A stretch of DNA of 64,000 nucleotides, from contig JAEWFE010000029.1 in the NCBI GenBank assembly GCA_023389005.1, positions 887 to 64,886 on the forward strand, in the 5' to 3' direction. Made by a program: the position numbers and the translations under genes. Every line of letters starts with the position of its first letter. Positions within the stretch are counted from its first letter, which is position 1. The notes beneath the pieces are model-generated. The model did no database searches, had not been told where the DNA came from, and saw only the letters and a program-made list of their open reading frames with translations. Source of the stretch: Bacillota bacterium (GTDB lineage Bacteria > Bacillota > Bacilli > Lactobacillales > Enterococcaceae). Shown piece after piece: positions 59,527-64,000 of this stretch.

Positions 59527-62500
59527 ATGGTTTTATCTAGAAGTATTTTAAAAGAATTTTCGGACGCTACGAAACAGAAAACGCCTCAAGGATTAACCTA
59601 TTTACGAGGAACGATACAAGGAAAAGGTGAAACCAAGTATGTCAAAATCGACGGTTCGGAATCACTTACTCCTATTAATGAAGTAGTGGATGCTAAAGAT
59701 GGGGACCGTGTATTAGTTACTATCCAAAATCATGTCGCTACAGTTCTTGGAAATTTAACCAAACCACCTTCAGCTTATAAGACACAAGAAGCAATAGATA
59801 AAGCTGAAAAAGCAGATGGTAAAGCAGATACTGCTATAGATGACGCTTCTGCTGCTCAACATCTAGCACGCAATGCAAAAGCGGATGCTGGACAAGCAAT
59901 TATAGACGCTAGTGAAGCCGGAAAGATTGCTAATGCGGCTAAAAAAGAAGCCCAAGAGGCGGTTAGTGCCGCAAGCGAAGTATCTAAAAATTTAGGTTCT
60001 ACATTAGAAGCCGCACGAATAGCGTCCGAAACTTCTAAAGCGGCTATCGAAAAAGCTACCGCTGCTGAGAAAAACGTCTCGAACGTCAATAATGAATTAG
60101 ATAAGATTAAAAAAGTCGCAGAAAAATCTGTAGAAAATATTAAAGCGGCTAAACAAGAATTACAAGAGCAATTCGATACGTATAAAGAAGAAGTTAAGGG
60201 AACATATCAAACCAAAAAGGGTATGGATGATATCAAAATAGAAATGTCTGACGCCGTCACGAAAAAACTTGGTGAATGGGAAACCACGATGAGTCAAACA
60301 TACTTATCTAAAAATGATATTGCAGAAATTCAAGGTTCTTTCGAAACATTGAAACGAGATACTGCCGAATCGACCGAAACCATTCGTAAAAGTTGGGAGA
60401 CGTTTAGATCTGACACAACTGTAGCCAAAGATCAAGTTGACCAGGCGTTAGAAAATGCGAGAAATTCTCAAGAAGCTGCTAAACTAGCGAAAGAAGCTGC
60501 GGAAAAGGCAAAAAAAGACGCACAAGCGGCCCAAGCCAATGCGAAAACTTCGGCCGATAAAGCTGTTGCAGCTCAAGAATTAGCCGATGCTGCAGCTAGT
60601 ACTGCTAAATCAGCGGATGCAAATTTAGCGCAGGCTCGCACTGAGTTAAACGAAGCGATTAATAATTACGAAGCTGTGAAGAATAAAATGGATGCTACGG
60701 CACAAGAAATTGCAGATGCGAAATCCACTGTAGATAAAGCCAAATCAAAGGTTGATGAAGCCAATCGTTTAGTCGCAGAGGCAAAAACAGCATCGGAAAA
60801 CGCGAATACGGCTGCCAATACAGCGAAACAAGAAGCTGAGACGGCAAAAGGTGCTGCACAAGGCGCAGAAACTCGTGCGAAAAATGCTGAAACAGCCGCA
60901 AACAAAGCTGCTCAATCCGCTAGAGACGCACAAGCTGAAGTTGCAAAGTATACGAAACGCGTTACAGAATACGAAAAGAAAATAGAAGAAAGTGATAAGA
61001 AAACCGCTGAGTATTATCGTAAGACCGAAGAGGTTGGAACGAAGATGTCCGAACTAACCGTTGGGGCTAGAAACTTGCTTCTTCGAACAGGATATTTCGA
61101 TACTACGCAATTTTCCACAGTTGTTGGAGATACGGCGCATATCAATGTTAGCAAAACCATAATTACCGATAGTAACTCCCCAAGTGGCAAAGCTTATCGA
61201 GTAAATAAATATCGAAAAGCCGGAGTGGATAAACATGGTGGTTGTTATTGGCGTATGCCTAAGAGGCTCGTTGCTGGTAAGAAATATACTTGGTCAGTAT
61301 ATGTAAGAGGTATAGGAACTGTAGATACATTTGGCCCAGAACAAGGCGGAGCTAAATCCGTAAAATTAACGAGTACTTGGACTAAAGTTAGTCATACTTT
61401 TACAGCAAATAGCAACCAATATTTCCAATTTACTTTTTATAGTGGAACAGAATTTGATTTATATTTTACAGATTTGATGTTAGAAGAATCTACTGTACCA
61501 TCCCAATGGACCCCGGCTCCTGAAGATTTAGAAAGTGAAATCAAAAACAACTACTATTCTAAAGTCGAACTTAAGACACAGTTTGAACGAAAAGCTGGAG
61601 AAGTATATACAGCAGTTAGTCGAAATGTCACGGAAGAGGTTCAAGAAGGTGTGAAAAACTTCAATTTTGGAGGTCGTAATATTCTTCGAGGTACCGCTGA
61701 TATGAAAATTGGAAACGAAGGATGGAAAAACGGACACTGGCGATTATCTGGTAGTGGAACAATCAAAACAGTAGATGTTGCAGATAGTCCCGTTAAAGGT
61801 GTTTCCAAAGGAATCTTAGCGACTCCAAACGCGGGAACTAAAGTAGGTCCATGTCAAGATGGTTATTCGCTACAAATTCCTGGGGTATATACATTATCTG
61901 TATGGGTTAAAGGACAAAAAGGCGCTAGAGTAATCATCCAAACATATTGGAATCAAGGCATTGCTTCGCCTAAGATGAAAGAAAACAATTACACCCTAAA
62001 ATCTAATGATTGGGAACGAGTTTCGATTACCGGAGAAGTTGAAAAATATACCAATATCACTTTAGCCTATTTATTCGCCTTCGATAAGCCGGCAACATTT
62101 ATTGCGCCATATATGGATAATTCGGATGTCGTCAATGATTGGTCTCCTGCGAAAGAAGACATGGCAACTCACAAAGAAGTAATAGATGCCAAAGATGCGG
62201 CCGATACTGCTAATAATGGTGTATCCGGACTTACCACAAGGATGGACTCCGCGGAATCTATCATCGACCAATTATCTGATGCCATCGTCAAAATGGTTAC
62301 TGATAAAAACGGTGCAAGTTTAATGACGCAAACATCCACTGGTTGGACATTTAACATGGGTACGTACAAAGAGCAAATATCCGAGGCTTTAGAAAAACTA
62401 ACTACTGCAGAAGGTAAATTAACAGCCGCAGAGCAACGTCTAAATAACTTCGATAGGTTGACGAAAGACTTAAACGATAAAACTGCGTACATTAATGTGA

Positions 62501-62745
62501 CAACTAATGAACAAAAGCAACCGGTTTTGGAACTTGGTAAAGCTGGAGACTCGTTTAAGATTCGTATCAGTAATACCTCCGTGGATTATATGGATGGGTC
62601 TACACGAGTTGCGTACGTATCGAACAGACGACTTTTTATTGAAACAGCAACCGTAAAAAATGAACTCAAAATAGGAGAACCAGATGGCTTTATTTGGAAA
62701 AAAAGAGCTAATGGAAATTTAGGATTACGTTGGACAGGAGGTTGA
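59527..62745 (+). CDS. Tail fibre/receptor-binding protein (coiled coil plus two carbohydrate-binding-like modules)
   Basis: Ala/Lys/Glu coiled coil; modules bracketed by GARNLL...WTPAPED and GGRNIL...WSPAKED. Confidence 0.75.
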   Translation: MVLSRSILKEFSDATKQKTPQGLTYLRGTIQGKGETKYVKIDGSESLTPINEVVDAKDGDRVLVTIQNHVATVLGNLTKPPSAYKTQEAIDKAEKADGKADTAIDDASAAQHLARNAKADAGQAIIDASEAGKIANAAKKEAQEAVSAASEVSKNLGSTLEAARIASETSKAAIEKATAAEKNVSNVNNELDKIKKVAEKSVENIKAAKQELQEQFDTYKEEVKGTYQTKKGMDDIKIEMSDAVTKKLGEWETTMSQTYLSKNDIAEIQGSFETLKRDTAESTETIRKSWETFRSDTTVAKDQVDQALENARNSQEAAKLAKEAAEKAKKDAQAAQANAKTSADKAVAAQELADAAASTAKSADANLAQARTELNEAINNYEAVKNKMDATAQEIADAKSTVDKAKSKVDEANRLVAEAKTASENANTAANTAKQEAETAKGAAQGAETRAKNAETAANKAAQSARDAQAEVAKYTKRVTEYEKKIEESDKKTAEYYRKTEEVGTKMSELTVGARNLLLRTGYFDTTQFSTVVGDTAHINVSKTIITDSNSPSGKAYRVNKYRKAGVDKHGGCYWRMPKRLVAGKKYTWSVYVRGIGTVDTFGPEQGGAKSVKLTSTWTKVSHTFTANSNQYFQFTFYSGTEFDLYFTDLMLEESTVPSQWTPAPEDLESEIKNNYYSKVELKTQFERKAGEVYTAVSRNVTEEVQEGVKNFNFGGRNILRGTADMKIGNEGWKNGHWRLSGSGTIKTVDVADSPVKGVSKGILATPNAGTKVGPCQDGYSLQIPGVYTLSVWVKGQKGARVIIQTYWNQGIASPKMKENNYTLKSNDWERVSITGEVEKYTNITLAYLFAFDKPATFIAPYMDNSDVVNDWSPAKEDMATHKEVIDAKDAADTANNGVSGLTTRMDSAESIIDQLSDAIVKMVTDKNGASLMTQTSTGWTFNMGTYKEQISEALEKLTTAEGKLTAAEQRLNNFDRLTKDLNDKTAYINVTTNEQKQPVLELGKAGDSFKIRISNTSVDYMDGSTRVAYVSNRRLFIETATVKNELKIGEPDGFIWKKRANGNLGLRWTGG

Positions 62746-62751
62746 TGAGAT

Positions 62752-64000
62752 ATGCCGTCAGTAGAATCTGCTCAGTGGGGTAATAAATATAGCCCGACTA
62801 TTAGACTAACATTCAATGAGCGTAGTCGAACGGGAAACACGATTACGTACAGCTGGATATTAGATTATATCACGACGCAACTCGGCGGTGTGGCGCAAAC
62901 GAACGGTATTGCACGTGGATGGGAAGTTAACATCGACGGACAGAAACGTACTGGTTCGTTTAACATTAATTATGTAAGAGGACCCGCTCGCATTACAAGC
63001 GGCGATATAACCGTTTCACGTACAAATAGTAACCGAAATATCACGTTGACCGGTTGGTTATATATGGACGTCCAATGGCATGGCGTTTATCAAGGATGGG
63101 TGTCAGCTAGTGGGAGTACTACTGTTCCTGCTCGAGAGTCTCATACAGTATCGTATAATGCAAACGGTGGTTCTGGCGCACCCGGAAATCAGACTAAATG
63201 GTATGGAGATATATTAACGTTATCTTCTACAGTTCCGTCTAGGTCGGGATATAGATTTACCGGTTGGAAACGTGGCGATAATGGTCATGTCGTAAAGCCT
63301 GGCGAACAATACGGTGAAGATAAAAATCTTTCGTTAATCGCGCAGTGGAGTGCAAATGGATACACTGTAAGCTATGACGCGAATGGTGGTTCTGGCGCAC
63401 CCGGAAATCAAACGAAAGTACATGACCAAACTTTAACTTTGTCAAATACTAGACCAACGAAAACAAATTATGTTTTTAAAGGCTGGGGTGTATCGAGTGG
63501 TTCTACAACTGCGACTTATCAACCAGGAAATCAGTACACTTCGAATAGTCCGATTACTCTGTATGCGATTTGGGAGTTGAATTACACACCTCCAAGGATT
63601 ACAAACGTCAAAATAGATAGATGTAATTCGTCTGGGGTATTGACTGAATCCGGTACTTACGCCAAAGTGGAATTTAAATTTTCTTGTGATAGGTCTGTTA
63701 AAAATATAAAAATCAGTTCGCGCGTTTCAAATAGTGGAAATTTCGCCGATAATGCTACATTTACGGATAGTCGATTGGAAGCGAATATTTCAAAAGTTGT
63801 CGGTGGCTCGTTCTCTGTTGAAACTACCTACGACATTCAGATTACGGTAAGTGACTCAGTAGGTAGTTCATCGACTATACAAGGTTTAGCACCTATGTCT
63901 TTTGCCATTGACGTTAGAAAAGGCGGAAAAGGCGTAGCGATAGGTGGGCCATCGAATAGTAATTTATTTGAAGTATATATGCCTACTAAGTTAACTGGTG
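62752..64000 (+). CDS. Tail protein with Listeria-Bacteroides (InlB B-type) repeats, truncated by the window end
   Basis: Open from ATG 62752 (AGGAGG RBS); repeats TVSYNANGGSGAPGNQTK and TVSYDANGGSGAPGNQTK; 26-bp DNA repeat at 63166 and 63385. Confidence 0.75.
   Translation, partial: MPSVESAQWGNKYSPTIRLTFNERSRTGNTITYSWILDYITTQLGGVAQTNGIARGWEVNIDGQKRTGSFNINYVRGPARITSGDITVSRTNSNRNITLTGWLYMDVQWHGVYQGWVSASGSTTVPARESHTVSYNANGGSGAPGNQTKWYGDILTLSSTVPSRSGYRFTGWKRGDNGHVVKPGEQYGEDKNLSLIAQWSANGYTVSYDANGGSGAPGNQTKVHDQTLTLSNTRPTKTNYVFKGWGVSSGSTTATYQPGNQYTSNSPITLYAIWELNYTPPRITNVKIDRCNSSGVLTESGTYAKVEFKFSCDRSVKNIKISSRVSNSGNFADNATFTDSRLEANISKVVGGSFSVETTYDIQITVSDSVGSSSTIQGLAPMSFAIDVRKGGKGVAIGGPSNSNLFEVYMPTKLTG

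Larger units (their letters stand above)
8789..64000. mobile_element. Prophage (temperate siphovirus), right end beyond the window
   Basis: Integrase at the junction, then replication, terminase, portal, capsid, tail and tape-measure genes; left boundary approximate. Confidence 0.97.

Noticed and set aside
63166..63410. Repeats in the tail gene as a diversity-generating retroelement TR/VR pair
   Set aside because: They are in-frame protein domain repeats, differences are not adenine-specific, and no reverse transcriptase is in the window

Overview
Positions 1-~8790 are low-GC Firmicute (Enterococcus-like) chromosome: dnaK, dnaJ, an Mga-type regulator, ppc and a DUF218/YdcF gene. The YdcF gene is cut at its 5' end by a large siphovirus prophage that runs from ~8790 past the window end. 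The prophage has a Zn-ribbon tyrosine integrase, an early region of many small cassette-like genes, a tRNA-Lys-like gene, a fused helicase-primase-PolB replicase, SSB, an SF2 helicase, a ThyX-like protein, a palindromic repeat array, nucleases, and packaging, head and tail modules. Its layout recalls Lactococcus phage 1706-like siphoviruses (from memory, not searched). The main candidate system has three parts. (1) A 992-aa ORF with a two-barrel RNA polymerase catalytic motif (ADFDGD) and HTH domains at both ends. (2) Thirteen co-oriented copies of a fixed-spacing 29-bp motif (TCGCR-N5-AACA-N5-TWTWATGR) heading promoter-gene-terminator cassettes. (3) An N-terminal L-x-H-[HY]-G tag shared by the polymerase, three basic proteins and a papain-fold toxin, echoed by [LMV]-x-H sites in the protease-capsid precursor. 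Together these suggest a temperate phage with its own, possibly virion-packaged, RNA polymerase and a modular head-cargo system. Also seen: a strand-biased TCAAAATGG motif across the late operon and a putative structured RNA next to the predicted cos. All calls come from reading motifs by eye; no database searches were run.
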